From: Azolla caroliniana
Taxonomy: Eukaryota > Plantae > Polypodiophyta
Assembly (NCBI GenBank): GCA_043228905.1
Contig: JBHGNT010000012.1
Span: 17,236,001-17,300,000, forward strand
Length of the DNA stretch: 64,000 bases
Direction: 5' to 3'
Positions 23,313 through 37,031 of the stretch are shown here, piece after piece (position 1 is the first letter of the stretch; each line of letters starts with the position of its first letter). Below the pieces are notes generated by a model. That model had not been told where the DNA came from. It made no database searches and saw only the letters and a list, made by a program, of their open reading frames with translations. The translations under genes were made by a program, and so were the position numbers.

Positions 23313-26177
23313 TCATTGCTCAACAATTTTTGATAATCGATTCTTGCGTCGTTCTTTGTACACTTCAGGTGGAAACTCGTGATCAAGCTCTGGCTTGTTC
23401 ATTTCTATGCCAATAAAGGCAAAGATGAAAAGCACTATGGCAAGGAAAATGTAATCCACCTAGGCAATGGATGCCACATAAAAATTCAGATAAACAAGCT
23501 CATGCTATTCATGATACATCTACAAAGAAAGAGGTTTAACTGTCTCATCCGTGCCTATATATATGATAAAAATGTGTGCACATGAATATATGCTGACATG
23601 CAAACATTGATTCCATGATTTGAATAGTTCACACACATACCTCAACGCCATATGCCATCATCAAATACAAGGCTGGTAAAGTTCCCCATGCAAGAACAGC
23701 TGTAAAAACATTGGCATTGATCATTTGTTCCCAACACGTTATCAACAAGATGAGAAGTTGAATCAGTTTGCTTCTCAAGAGAGACATACACAAACTACAT
23801 TTTACAAACAAGCATTCAATGGCATGACAAAATGTTTGAAATAATCCAGGGCAATCAAAATCTCATTAAGTGAAAGGAAAGAATCCAAAATCCCCTAACT
23901 TGCTGCATATTTATGACAATACCCCTGACATTTAGTAATTTACCAAAAATTAATGAAAACTAAGTGCATATTTCAAATTTTTACTTCAACATATACTATT
24001 GTCCACCATTCCAGATGCAAAAGAAATATGGAAGCAGGCAAGCCACTCTTGAGATCTCATTTAGAGAGACTATTAAGTGAACAAAAACTGAAAATATATC
24101 ATGTGCTTTATGAACATTTTCATTTTTCAAGATTTTTGGAAACTTTTGGGTGTTTTCTCTGATCAAAGTTTCCAAAAGTTTTGCCCAAATTTTTACAAAA
24201 GAATTTAGAATTTCCCACAAATACGCTAAATGCCACAGAAAGTCGAAATATTAGCACAGCTTTTTCTATACTTTTAGGGCTTCATAAGGTATAAATCCAC
24301 CCAATAATTTATAATAGGGTTCCTTATTACTAATACGAATGCCATTCAATGAAGACCATTGCAAGAATTCATGGTGGAATTCTCCCATATTAAAACCACC
24401 AACCTTATACCATGTACTGAGATTTGACAAACTCCTTCCACTCTAGGATTCTTGAAGTTCTTTTATTTAACCAACATTTTTATGTGTTCCAGATAATGGT
24501 TGTAGCTTTGGCCGTATCGACCATAATTCAATTCATTTGATTTCTCTCCACATACATATTACATTTAATTTCGTTTCATTTATTTCCAAATGTATATTGT
24601 ATTTCATTCACGTCCTTTCTCTCCACATGTACATATCACTTCATTTCTATCTCCTCAAGTAGATTTCATTTCATTTCAGTCTCCACATGTACATTTCATT
24701 GCCCTCTCCATGTTTACAGATGATTGATTGCATGTGCATTCTAAATGATAAACATAGAAAGATTGGGTACCTACCTTGGCCACCAGTGGGTCCACCAGCT
24801 GAAACAAACACTTCCTTGATAGCCTCCCAGACATCAACTGATTAAATGAAAACCCAGAGAGGATTAGAGAAAACAGCAACATACATTAGTAAACATGTCA
24901 AAGCATTTTCAAGGGAGTTCCCTCTCTATAACTATCTGAAGTTTTCTTGGTTCTAGAAGATCTTGCAAAGAGAAAATAAGCATATGATGTGACATTAGGG
25001 TTTATGGTAGAACAAGAGAAAAATGTATGAGGTCAAATGAAAAACTATGCCTAAAAGCCAAATTGGACTCACCATCAGCATCTTCTTTGTGGAATGTATG
25101 ATGCCCATCAGCATAGCCATAAGGAAAATCCTCCATCTGCAAGATGAGAAAACAAAACAAAGAGGTCCATGGGACTGAATACCAACAGCAAACTGCTGCC
25201 AGAAAATGGAAATAATTGACGATGATGATGGTGATTGTGTAAAAACTAGGGGTTTTCTCTATTTTTGGCTAAGATAATGCTAGAGTAGTCCATCATTGGG
25301 AGGTGCAACATTCACTACTATCCGGCGGAGGGTGGTCTTTGGGAAACTTGTCTGGTGGTGGTGACGATTATATCGATGAATGAGGACCATGACCATGACC
25401 GTGATGGTGATTATGATGGCCATATTGATGATGAATGATGAATGATGAATGATGATGATGGGAACTTATCTGACCAATTCTTCTCCAGCTGTTCTGAGGT
25501 CATCAATACCAGAGCTCTCAGGCAGGTCAGGTTCAATTCCGTAGACTTTATTTGCTGCCTTCAATGGTGCCTTCACACATTGTCTTCTTAACAACGCATT
25601 TTCCGATACAAACCCTAGTGGGCAAATAATTTCGGGAGACCTCCACCTTAGAAATTTTAACCATCAGTTAGATAATGCAAAGACATAGCTTCTTCCATAG
25701 CCAGGAGTAGAGGAACATCAACAATACCATTCAAATCAGATGAAAGCAGAATGAACACATCAAAGACACTACTAGTATTAAGTGAAAACAGTACAAAGCA
25801 ATCAGAGATATCAATCAAACTAGGGTAAAACAGATATAACCCAAGATAGAGATAGCTCAGAGTAGGTTAATCAGAAGGAATCCATAAAAGATATATACCA
25901 CTCAGCTTGGGTAACAAAAGAAAGAAAGGAAAAACAAAAAAAAGAAACAGAAAGAACCCATCAAATGTAAAGAGTCAATGAGATTCAAAGCAGAAGAGGA
26001 AGAAGAAGGTCATCAAAGGTATCATTTTCACATACATATAGGTTTAAGACAGGAGGAGAGAAACAGGGAGGGGGTAAGTTATAAACTTTTTCCATGATTT
26101 GTTTACCTTGAGATCACAGGAGGGGATGTCTTGGCAGAGGTGGGTAGCAGCAATCCACAGGTTGTCAAGGATGCCAT
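23313..26177 (-). CDS. PNSB5: Photosynthetic NDH subcomplex B subunit 5 (NDH18), chloroplast precursor, 191 aa, 6 exons
   Basis: Exons 26177-26107, 25646-25475, 25136-25073, 24837-24775, 23699-23641 and 23459-23313 are all GT-AG and phase-consistent (576 nt). The protein has a transit peptide MASLTTCG... followed by GIEPDL, MEDFPYGYADGHHTF, VWEAIKE..GPTGGQ and two TM helices ending IEMNKPELDHEFPPEVYK. These match the PnsB5 motifs IEPD, MEDFKYGYYDGAHT and IEMDKPDQPHNFEPQIY as I recall them. Confidence 0.92.
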
Positions 26178-26501
26178 GGGCAAAGGCAAATATGGCAAAT
26201 ATGGCAAAGGCCAAAAGCAAAAAAGCAATGGCTATGGAAGCTTGTGGCACTCAAGGGGTTCCCCACTGGTGGTTTTCAAATCCTTCTCTCTGATGGTTTT
26301 ATGATTTATCTTCCATGGCACAATACCACCCACCCAAACCACCTCTCCCCTGTTTCCCTGATTGTGTGTGTGTGTGTGTGTGTGTGTGTTTGTGTGTGTG
26401 TCCATGGGGGTGCAGGGCAGGTTGTGTGTGTATGGCCATGGCAGCAGGGGCACCACACCAGGGTGCCCATAACCGAAACCCCAGCCGGCCGATTCGCGCC
26501 C

Positions 26502-26707
26502 GCCCAAGGAAACAAAATACCACATATGCCCAAATGAATCCCCGATGTCCGCCCACCCGTCTGCCCGCCCATGCTTCGTGAGCTCCATCTATCGATTGTT
26601 CACCCAAGGAAACAAATATACCACATATGCCCAAATGAATCCCCGATGTCCGCCCCCGCCCGTCTGCCCGCCCATGCTTCGTGAGCTCCATCTATCGATT
26701 GTTCACC
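26502..26707. repeat. Tandem duplication, 2 x ~100 bp, upstream of PNSB5, followed by a C22 run (26719-26740)
   Basis: CCCAAGGAAACAAA...GCTCCATCTATCGATTGTTCACC occurs twice. Confidence 0.9.
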
Positions 26708-28110
26708 TGCTTCACCAACCCCCCCCCCCCCCCCCCCCCCGACGATTTTCTGAGCCGCTTCTAGCGTGTCGAAATGCTTTAGCAGAAGCTGGCTAATTCA
26801 TTCTTCTTGCATTTTTGCCTTGTTCGGAAAGTTGTTCCGGCGAAGATCAGTTTTTGTGAGAGCCTAAATTGGACTTCCGTAATGGGCGTGACATGTCCAA
26901 AAAATCGTGTTGTGGTGGAGCCCATTTTCATTATTGCAGAGCTCAGGAAAACATGTCATGACTCTCTTCAAATCAAACGAGGGAGGAAAGAAAAGGAAAA
27001 AAACGGGATCCCGATAATAACATACTCTTATCCATATATCGAGTAAGTGAGTGAATATAATCTCTATAGAAAATTAACTCTCTTAAGAACATTTTACATA
27101 TTGGCATGCACAAATTAGACACAACAAAAGAAGGTGGATGGTAAACAAATAAGGAAGGAGGATGTTTCGGGAAAAGTAACTAGATTTCTAAGAAACTTTT
27201 ACAAGGAGATAGGCAAGCAAACAAACCAAATTGAATGGGTAGATAAACTATGAATCAAGTAAAGGGAAGAAAGTCTAGGGAAAACTGATTATCTTTCCCC
27301 AAAACTTTTGTATGGAGATGTGTCGGTAGAGAGGTTGGTGATGCCAAAAAGACATAAGAATACAAACAAGCTACATGGTGAAGCAAACAAGTGATCGCTA
27401 GGACAAAGAAGAAAAAGTTGGAGACGTGTGGAGAAATGCGGACAAGATGATTGATCATACTAGAAAGACAAATAAACAAACTAGATGGCGAAGCAAACAA
27501 GTGAGTCCTAGGCTAACAAGAAAATATTGGAGAGAAGCATACATTCACACCACAGATCACGAAGATATCGGAGAGCAGATCAGGACGTCGAGCGGGAAAA
27601 AGAGAGCGAACAATGTCACCAAGATATCGTAGAGCAGGGCAAACGAGGTGGCGAGCAATGTCTCGAAAAGCCAACTGACTCAGGGAGCTTCTTCCGTGAC
27701 AAGACGGAGACAAGAAAGTGGGCGTAGCGTCTATTAGGCGCACATCCATGTGGGCAAAGGCGGGGGTGAAAAAGAGGCATAGACAGTAGGAACTTCCGCA
27801 ATGCATCCAGACGACGGGAGAGGCAAGTTGGCGGGCACACGAGACCCAGACACAACAAGACAAAGCCTAGTAATTTATTAGAGCACGTGAGATAGGGTCA
27901 AGGACGCAGGCGATATCTATCAGATATACAGACAGGAGACCACAACACACGAGTCCATATACATAATATATATAATATATATATAAAGAGAGAGAGAGAG
28001 AGAGAGAGAGATCAAAGTGCAGAGACCAGACCATATATTATATATACATATAGAGAGACATAGAACCAAAGACCAAAGTAGACCTGACTTGACTTGACTT
28101 GACTTGACTA

Positions 28111-28149
<39 letters not shown>

Positions 28150-28223
28150 AAAAAATATATATATATATATAGAGAGAGAGAGGGAGAGCAGTCCACAGAG
28201 AAAAGAGAGCAGAGACTGTGGCC

Positions 28224-31200
28224 ATGGCCATGGCTATGGCTGTGCCTTTCTCTCCGCCCAAGCTCGCCATCATCATCTCCTTCTTCTTCTTCTTCTTCCT
28301 ATCTATCTTCTTCTTCTTCCTCCTCTCCATCCCCAATCTCCTTCCCCTCCAACTCTGCGCCCCCCAGAATTCGGATCTGCCTTCTTCTTCCCCGCTTCGC
28401 TTTGCCAGTTCGCACCTCGGGGGAGGAGTAACGGAGCCGAAGAATCATGAGAAGAGAGAAGGAGATGGAGATGGAGATGGAGAGGTAGACGGCGTGTATT
28501 CAGGTCCCTCCGAGGAAGATCTGCGGTGGCTCACAGCTCAGCTTGATAGAAACGGAGTGAGAGAAGTACCTCAGAATGCAGAAGAATGGCATCAGATGCG
28601 TAAAGGAATCAATCCTCGCACAAGAGAGCAACAGATAGCAGATCTTCGCAAGTAAGCTAAAAGAAACGAAACATTTTTAAAAGATGCCTCTCTTTTTGTT
28701 GATTTAAGACAGTAATTTGGTTAACACAATAAGATTCTCCTCAAGTAAGTTAATAAGATATATCAATTCCTAATTCTTGTTAATCTCTCGGCACACTGGT
28801 TACACAGTCATTTTATTTGTGCATATGTCCATTTTATTGCTGATTTAGCATCATACATTACTTCATTTTTAATGTTTTAACTTTGCATTAGTTGCATTTT
28901 TGTGGCTGAAAATGTAGCGAGGTTCAATGTGGCATAATGTACACTCAACATTTCTCGAATTTTAGTCAAAAGTTTGTCAACATTTGTTGCTTCTTAGGCC
29001 TCTTTTTATTTTATCAAATTATCGTTGCACTGTCTGATGCAATAAACACATCACTTCATTTGAATCCTGAACATTACATATATTCTCGTTCAGTAAACTT
29101 TACTAGAATGTCATCAATATTGTTGCTCATCAGAATACTTCTTGTTATGCTTGAATCAATGCATTGCTTCTTTTGTCATTTAGTATTACTTCGCTTGTTC
29201 TAGATAAGTTCAATTCTAGTGAAATTCTATCCATATTGTTGGTCATGCTGCTTCATTCTCGTCAAGATTAGTTCAAATTTAGTGGTCATGTAGCAAATTC
29301 TGAATTGTTACACTACTTCATTTGTAACTAAACATTCCTTCAGTTGTTCTAGATTAGCTCATTTCTAGTGGCTGGAATGCTAAATTTTATAATCTAGCGT
29401 TGTGATGTTGATCACGGTGTACGCGTGCAACGCAAAAAAAAAGTTGTGAATTTGGGAAGTAAGCACCATGCTTCTTGTCAAAGAAAGAGGAGAAACGAAA
29501 TAGCTTGTATTGATAATTCCAGGATGATTACAATAGTATTTCTTGCCTATTTGATTACAATAGTATTTCACGTCTATATTCCCCCTTGATAAGATTACTC
29601 ACCCCCTCTTTTATACATGAAGAAGCTGGATGCATGAGTGCCAAGTGTCACCCATGCATAAGAGGCAACTGCATTAGTGGGTAATGGCTTTAATAGCTAA
29701 AATATGTAATGAGGCACCTACATTAGTAGGCAATAACTTTAATAGCTAAAATACCTGATAGTGATAATAGCAAAATGTGCTTTGAATAGGTATTTAGCTT
29801 TAAAATATTTTACTCCGTATTATGTTTTTTCGTAGATTCAACTAGCTATTTACACATAATATTATCATCATGTGGTGACCGGTTCTTATCAAGTTATTAG
29901 CTATCGTTTAATTAAACAACCATTTACAAAGATTTGAATTAGTTCGTATAATTTGGTAGAGGTTATTTTCTCATCGTGGCGCGAAAACGTCACGACAGCG
30001 TTACTTTCTCTGTAAGCTTAATTTTCCTTTGTTTTCATTTGAATTAATTAAATTCTAGACGAGGCTCATGAATATCATTCCATGTTATGCCTTTTTTTAT
30101 TACCACTTTTGTAATCTTAACAGTAGTTATGTAATCTGATTGCTCCATATTCATTTGTGAGATTAGTTTTAGATGTTAGTCTTGCTTATAAGATTCTTTG
30201 CATATGTGATGTGATATAATGCAATATTATACATAAGCTTTGGACAACAAAACTAGATTGAAGATTCTCTGTGCATGCATTCATTCATCCTCACCTCGCA
30301 ATGCCCATTACATTTTTTATTGCTGATACATTACCTCACTTCTTATCATATTTCATACCTTTGTCTTTACACAATCTGTATGGCTATGTTCTAGACATAG
30401 ACCTCCATACTAGCTAGTCATAGTCTACAATTTGATGCATGTACCTTACATTGCAACATTTGTTTGAGCTTAGTACATATTCAGTTACAAAACTGGAGTC
30501 TCTTTCTTATTATGACTTGTATATGCTTGATGGATTTATGGTTTGCTTGTGATACACTGCCACATTCGTTCTTTATTATTATCATCATCGATGACGAATT
30601 GCAAATGTTGGCTTCTAAAATCAGAAAAGGAAGAAGAAATACTAGATCATTTTTGTATCTTTTCCTTTTGATAATTGGAATAGGCATTTTTTTTTAAGTA
30701 ATGTCCCAGGTTGTAGAATCTTAGCTTATCTTTCTGTAATTTTGATCTTTCCACTGTCCTAAGAAAGTGTCAGGATTCGCAACCTGCATTGCTTTCATTG
30801 GATACATTCTTTGGTTTTGAGACACATTACATTTTTCCATTTCCTGCACTGGGCATTGGAAATTACACTTCTAGTTTGCACGTGTTTGTTTCCATATTTT
30901 AGTTTCTCATTTATATGTCCCTTTAGCTCTCTCTTGTTTGAATTAATTCAAGTGTGTAAAACATCTTTGCAGATGTATGTAACGTGTATGCACATTGACT
31001 CACCAAATGAATGTCTTTCTAGTTGTTCATTGCATGAATACATAGACATATAGGGTCATTTCAAGTTGTTTTTGCTAGCAAGCTTATTAGAATTATGAGC
31101 ATGATTATAAATTAAAAAATCAAATGCTCATGATTCAATTGAATATATTGATAACAACCTTGAAAGAGGAATAGCTTGCTTACATTTATGACAACTAAAG

Positions 31201-31870
31201 CCTCATTTTATGATTCAGATTTAAAGGAATTTCACATTATGAAGAAGGATTGAACCATACCGCTTTACCATGTCCAGCTGAACTGCTGGTAGAAGAACAC
31301 CATAGTAATTATGGAGAACCATGGGCAGGAGGCCGTGATGTGTTCGAGTTCTTGGCAAAAGCTGTATCTTTGAGGCCTAAGCATCAGGTTCTGGAGATAG
31401 GCTGTGGGACTTTAAGAGTTGGACTTCACTTCATCAGATTCTTGCTTCCAGCTCATTACCATTGTGTGGAAAGAGATCATCTCTCACTAATGGCTTCATT
31501 GAGATATGAAATTCCCTCTCAAGGATTGATACACAAGAGACCACTCATTGTCAAAGGGGAAGACATGAACTTCGATAGTCTTGGACACACTATGTATGAT
31601 CTAATATATGCGAGTGCTGTCTTCTTGCATATGCCAGATGCACTTGTCTGGACAGGGTTGGAGCGTCTTGTAAAGCTTCTGGTACCCGGTCAGGGTCGCA
31701 TATTTGTTTCTCACAACATAAAATTCTGTACCCGTTTGCCTGTGGGAGTGTGCCAAGAGAGATTATCTAAGCTTAAGCTGACTTATGTTGGAAAACATAC
31801 ACATGATAGCTTGCTTTTCAATCATTATGAGATATGGCATGAATTCAACCAAACAACCTCTGTTTCTTAA
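28224..31870 (+). CDS. Type II membrane-anchored class I SAM-dependent methyltransferase, 359 aa, 2 exons
   Basis: Exon 1 28224-28651 (AA|GTAAG) and exon 2 31219-31870 (TTCAG|A) total 1080 nt. N-terminal hydrophobic anchor, stem, RKGINPRTREQQ, EEHHSNYGEPWAGGRD, SAM motif I VLEIGCGTLR, and YDLIYASAVFLH. Confidence 0.9.
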
Positions 31871-34800
31871 AGAGTGCATTTGGTCTTTCAAGGTGATCTA
31901 CATCCAATGATAGATCTGGTTGAATTAATGTCTCACTGATTTGTGGGAATTACAGCATCTCTATGGCAAGCTGTCATTCACATTTTCTATTCACATGTGG
32001 CTAGTGTCGTAGAGTTTATAGCCCTCATTTGCAAGCATTATGAGATGTGATATAAAGTCAACCAGACAAATTTGCCTTTGTTAAGCAGTGTTTTTGTTCT
32101 TCAAAGGAACTCTACATCAACGTATTTGGTTGTCCGAGAGTGTCTATGAGACAAACTTACATCTCACAGGGATGATGATGATCTACTGCCAATGATATAC
32201 CTGGTTGTGTTATGGCATCCATTTGGCAAGCTTGTCTTTCACACTTTTGCTTGATCAACCAGAGAAGTTCTTTCTTTTCAATAATTATGAGATATGACAT
32301 CAATATCATCAACCAGACAAGTTCGTACTGTGAAAGAGTGTTTTTGTTCTTCAATGGGGATAGACATCCAATGGGTACATATTTAGTTATGCCATGCTGT
32401 CTGTCTGCATGCCACAGATGTTCTTCAATGTTGATCTAGTTCCAACTAATGCAATATGTATTTTTTTGTGCCATACTGATATATGTCACCAAAGGCTCTT
32501 CAATGGTGATCTACATACATCTAATGCCATATCCAGTTATGTTTCGTGTATCTATATAGAAGACAGGTTGTTTTCATACACGTTTGTGTTCAATTGAGCT
32601 TGTGGCTTCTTAGGATTATAACCTGCATTTGGAGTTATTTTTTAATGACATGTGGGACGAGTTCTCTTTCGTTAACGATGTTTTATTACTCAATGGCGAT
32701 CAATATCCAATGAGGCCTCCCTTTAATGACGATTGACATCACAAAATATCTGGTTGTATTTGGGGCATCTTTATGGTGATCTGATCTCTTGTGTTCACGC
32801 TTGGGTAGTGGATCCTTGAATAAATTCATTGACACGCTTGAATAATTAGGTATGCATATCCATATATCTCAAATGGGTGTGACAAGAACTAGAGAAAGTG
32901 GTCTTTCATGGGCACAAAAAGAAGATATCAAAAGGATTGTAGTCAATGAGAAACTTGTGTAGGCCAAAAATGCTAGGATGATGTGTTCGATATAGTTCAT
33001 ATCATATTAATTGTACCAACATTATTCACTTCTCATCCTACCATTGAGGCTCACCTTCTCAACAAGGTTTCACTCTGATCCTATATGAGTGGTCCACATT
33101 AGCCCCTCACTTGTTATCTTTGCCATACCCAATGCTAAATATTTTCTCGCTTGCGAAATGTGGAGAGCAAAAATTTCTAGTCTCTCTTAAGATTTTGATA
33201 GTCAAAGTGAGCTGAAATTAAACACAACTTGAATTGTAAAACATATGGTTCAAATTAGATTATTTATGGAGGATCCTGTTTAAGCTTTTTTCAAGGAAAT
33301 TTTATTTGTGACCCTTTTAAAATCTAAACATTGATCTCTCATGGGCAGCAGCATAGAACAAAATTAAACCTAAAACTAATGTAATCCATTCTTATCTATG
33401 AAGGTCAAACACACTAAATATATGATACTCGAGAAAACAGTTTTTTTTTGCAAAACTTGTCCTTGTTAATCAAGCCAATGTTAATGAGGTTCCTTACTAA
33501 TCTATAAGAAACTCCCACTCCCAAACTTTCCATACCTACATTTTAAAATAGAGAAACCTACACTAATCCAACATAGCTATTGCATACCATATCAATGCTC
33601 CACTCATCTCACCTAGAACTTACCCTACCAGGCTTACATAAAGTTGGGTAGTTCATGATAGCGAACACAACACGAGTATTTTGAAACCCTTACTTCCATG
33701 TTATCAAAGTCACCTACACTACCTAAGAGAGCCAGAGTGAAAGGTAGGTAGGCTACGTTTATGAAGACAAAAAAAAAGCTCAATAAACAACGTGCTCCAG
33801 ATAATATTTTTACCTTTCACACAATGAATTCATCAACACACTTGCATAATAAGGTATGCACGTCTATATTTCTCACATGGGTATGAAAGTATTTACCACC
33901 GCTCATACCTTGCCAATTTAATAATTATTAATATCTATATCATCAAATTTGGTGCGATATGTATTGTGTTATATCACATCCTCTTTATTGTTAAGGAACT
34001 TTCAATTTGTCACACTATCTTTACCCATATCTAACATTTGTTGAATCATTATTTCATATAGATCACCACAACAAAACAAAAATGTTATTAAAAGTGACGA
34101 ATTAATGTTGTAAAATGATGCTCTAAGCAATTGACTCGTAGAATCTAACAAATTTATCACAAAACGTAAAAATGAGCAAGTTTTGATATAGAAAAACAAC
34201 CTATAAACGTTTGCTTAAATTTTGGCGTACATGTTGTCGTCCTCTTCATCACTAGGTTGGATCTCTTCTTCTTTCTCAACAAACTTTGTCCTCAGATTGT
34301 CATTTTCTTGTTATTTATTCATATTTAGGGAATGTATCTCCATATTATGGCATTTGTTTTGATGACATAAGTTCCAATCTTCAATACTGGTGCTTTGGCG
34401 CCAAATCCATCACAAAGCAAAATAGTGTCCATGACACTATTTACTTTGTTCCCATCTCCACCTTGATTATATCATAGGATATTCATGCTTTGATCCATAT
34501 CTTGCGCACAAGTGGAGGGACCAAAGGCCTCTTCAAATTGCTCCAATTTTGTGCTCTATTAAGGCCTAGTCTCTAAACACCATCATATCAAGAAGAGTAT
34601 TACAAATGAATCAAACAACTAAAACATTTTCTATGGTTCTTGAAATTGTATGTGTGCACATTGTCTTTCACGGTCACCAAAACCATGTGATAATCCAATA
34701 TTCGCAATCTTAGTCCACATTTCCTACCAGAATTCCAAGGGTATTTCTGAAAACTATGGGCTCAAAGGGTCAAGATGTGATCCAAGGTGTGAACCCATTT

Positions 34801-37031
34801 GGGCAACCTGCCTAGCTAAGAGCCATCCACTCCTCTTACTCTTGCATTAAGCGATAGTTTGGCCAAATAAGGCCAATCACAATTGTCCTATAGTTGCTTG
34901 ATATCTAGTGATCTCCACTCTTCAAGGTCAATACAATGATGTCTAGGTAGTAGGAAAACCTTCACACACTACCCAATTAAGGACATGTGCATGAAGTGAG
35001 ACCAAGGTGTCATGGGATAAATAAAATAATGATCTTATTCTTTTTGGATTACAACCAATTGATTGTAGTTCTCATTGTATATAGAGTAAAAAGGTAGATT
35101 GAGTGCCTTTGTAAAGTTACAAACTATGTTTGTAAACTTGATAAATTTCTTTTATATAGATTATGTGTTAGTCAAGCCTACCATGGCAATCAAAGAGAGA
35201 ACCACAAAAGCATGTGAAATGCACTTGTGATATCCACTTATAGAAATCATTGAGAGGATCCCGTAAGTATGTGAGACAAAATTAAGTTTAATCAAAACCG
35301 CATGCACATAATCCAAGTATCACCTATTTAAGATGTACATGCAACATGCAAAGCTTGTAAAATTTTAGGACATTTTCAAAGATCCAAAAATCCTAAATTG
35401 GAGGTTCCAATTTTGATGTGATCATTGACGCTCAAATTTTGATATGGTTATCGACACTGAAGTAAAGGCTCCAAATTTCCGAGACAAATATAAAATTAAC
35501 AATCTCAAGAACTTGGAGACTTGTATGAGATATATTATTAGCTTTGAGTGAAATAGTTATTTTGGTTTCCCCCAACATTTATTATTGGTATCACATCCTT
35601 TAGGATTGATGTAACTCCTAAAAACGACACATGCATTGAATTGAGACAACAATGGCGCAACATCTATGGTCCACATATCAATCCTTAACTCAAAGACTAA
35701 CACAATATATACATATAGTCCTAAAGGTAACCCTACCTCTACGATTTCTTTTGAGCTTTTGTGTGGATTCTGGAACTCCCTAATTTAGTGACTATGTCTA
35801 GACTTTACCCTCATGAAAACTTATGTTATAAATGATGGAACAAAAAACTTGGTCCACAGTATACCCTGTTTGCATGAGTACAATCTTGATAACACTATTG
35901 GAGATTGGCCAAAAATAGATGAAATTTCTTACTAGAAAAAGAATGAGCAACATGTAAAGCAATGATAAAAGAGTTTGAAAGCTTGATTATGAATATTCCT
36001 ATTGACGTCCTTCATGATGTATCATGTATGTTACTTGGCTTCACCCCAAACCTGAAGTTCCTTCTTTTCACACTTCTTAACTTTTATTGTAAGGACATTG
36101 AAAGAAGGGGATAGTATCAAATTTCAATACTCATTTAATCAAAAGAGGAGGGAAAACCTTAGACATGGTAATGCCATAATCACATCTAAAGCAAATGGAG
36201 TGGCAAACAAGTGTGGAATGCCCTGATACTCTCCCAACCTTTGGTGTTTTCATTATGATGCAACTGGGATTTATATGGAAAAGTCTTTAGATCTAGATAT
36301 AGAGAACCATATGGTTTGCAGCTTCTTTTGCCCTTACAGAAACATTTTATTTCATGTCTGATAATCACGTAGTACTTTTGGAGAAAACAATTATGTGCCC
36401 CTTTTCACAGAACTAGCTCAATGTTTAACATGAACCCTGATTATGTGCATTCAGAAAATATTCCAAAATAATAAATGTTTTTATAAATATTGATGAATGA
36501 AGTTTATCTTTCAAAAAACATCTCAAAAACTTTTTCTGGACAATGTTCTAGGTTGTGTACCTGACAACGACCAACTTCTACTGTAGATATATTCCAAAAC
36601 AACAAAGTTACAGATACATATAGGGAATAATGCCGAACCACCGTTTCTCAAAAAAAACATGTCAAAAATATTCAGAACAATTCCTTTACATCACATGCAC
36701 AGATAAAAATAAAAAAACTTTCTTGCATATTTGTGATGCAATCTGCAATTTCCACCGACGCACAGGACAGTTCATGATTTTGTCCCAATCTAATTCAAAA
36801 TACAATCATATGAGACAGCAGTATTAATAAAAATGCTCTGTGCAAAAATACAAATAAAAGTGCAAGAGATATTGCAACTGTTTAATACATGGTACAACTG
36901 TCTGTATACAACTGTTACAACTACATCTTACAAAAACAGTATATGTGATGAAAAGAATAAACCCAATTATGTTACATGAATATGGGGCCTGGGGGAGGGG
37001 AGGATAAGGAGCTGAAATTACACATACAACA

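Noticed and set aside
25340-25460. His-rich peptide in PNSB5 intron 2
   Set aside because: CAT/CAC microsatellite-like sequence, closed by stops and lacking a start or splice support.
26044-26250. ORF resembling a secreted peptide precursor (MPQASIAIAFLLLAF...)
   Set aside because: It has a GTG start and is an alternative frame over the PNSB5 5' UTR and exon 1; the frame from ATG 26177 splices into the conserved protein.
33000-36400. Degenerate TE-like intergenic sequence
   Set aside because: No motif, terminus or TSD that I could support.
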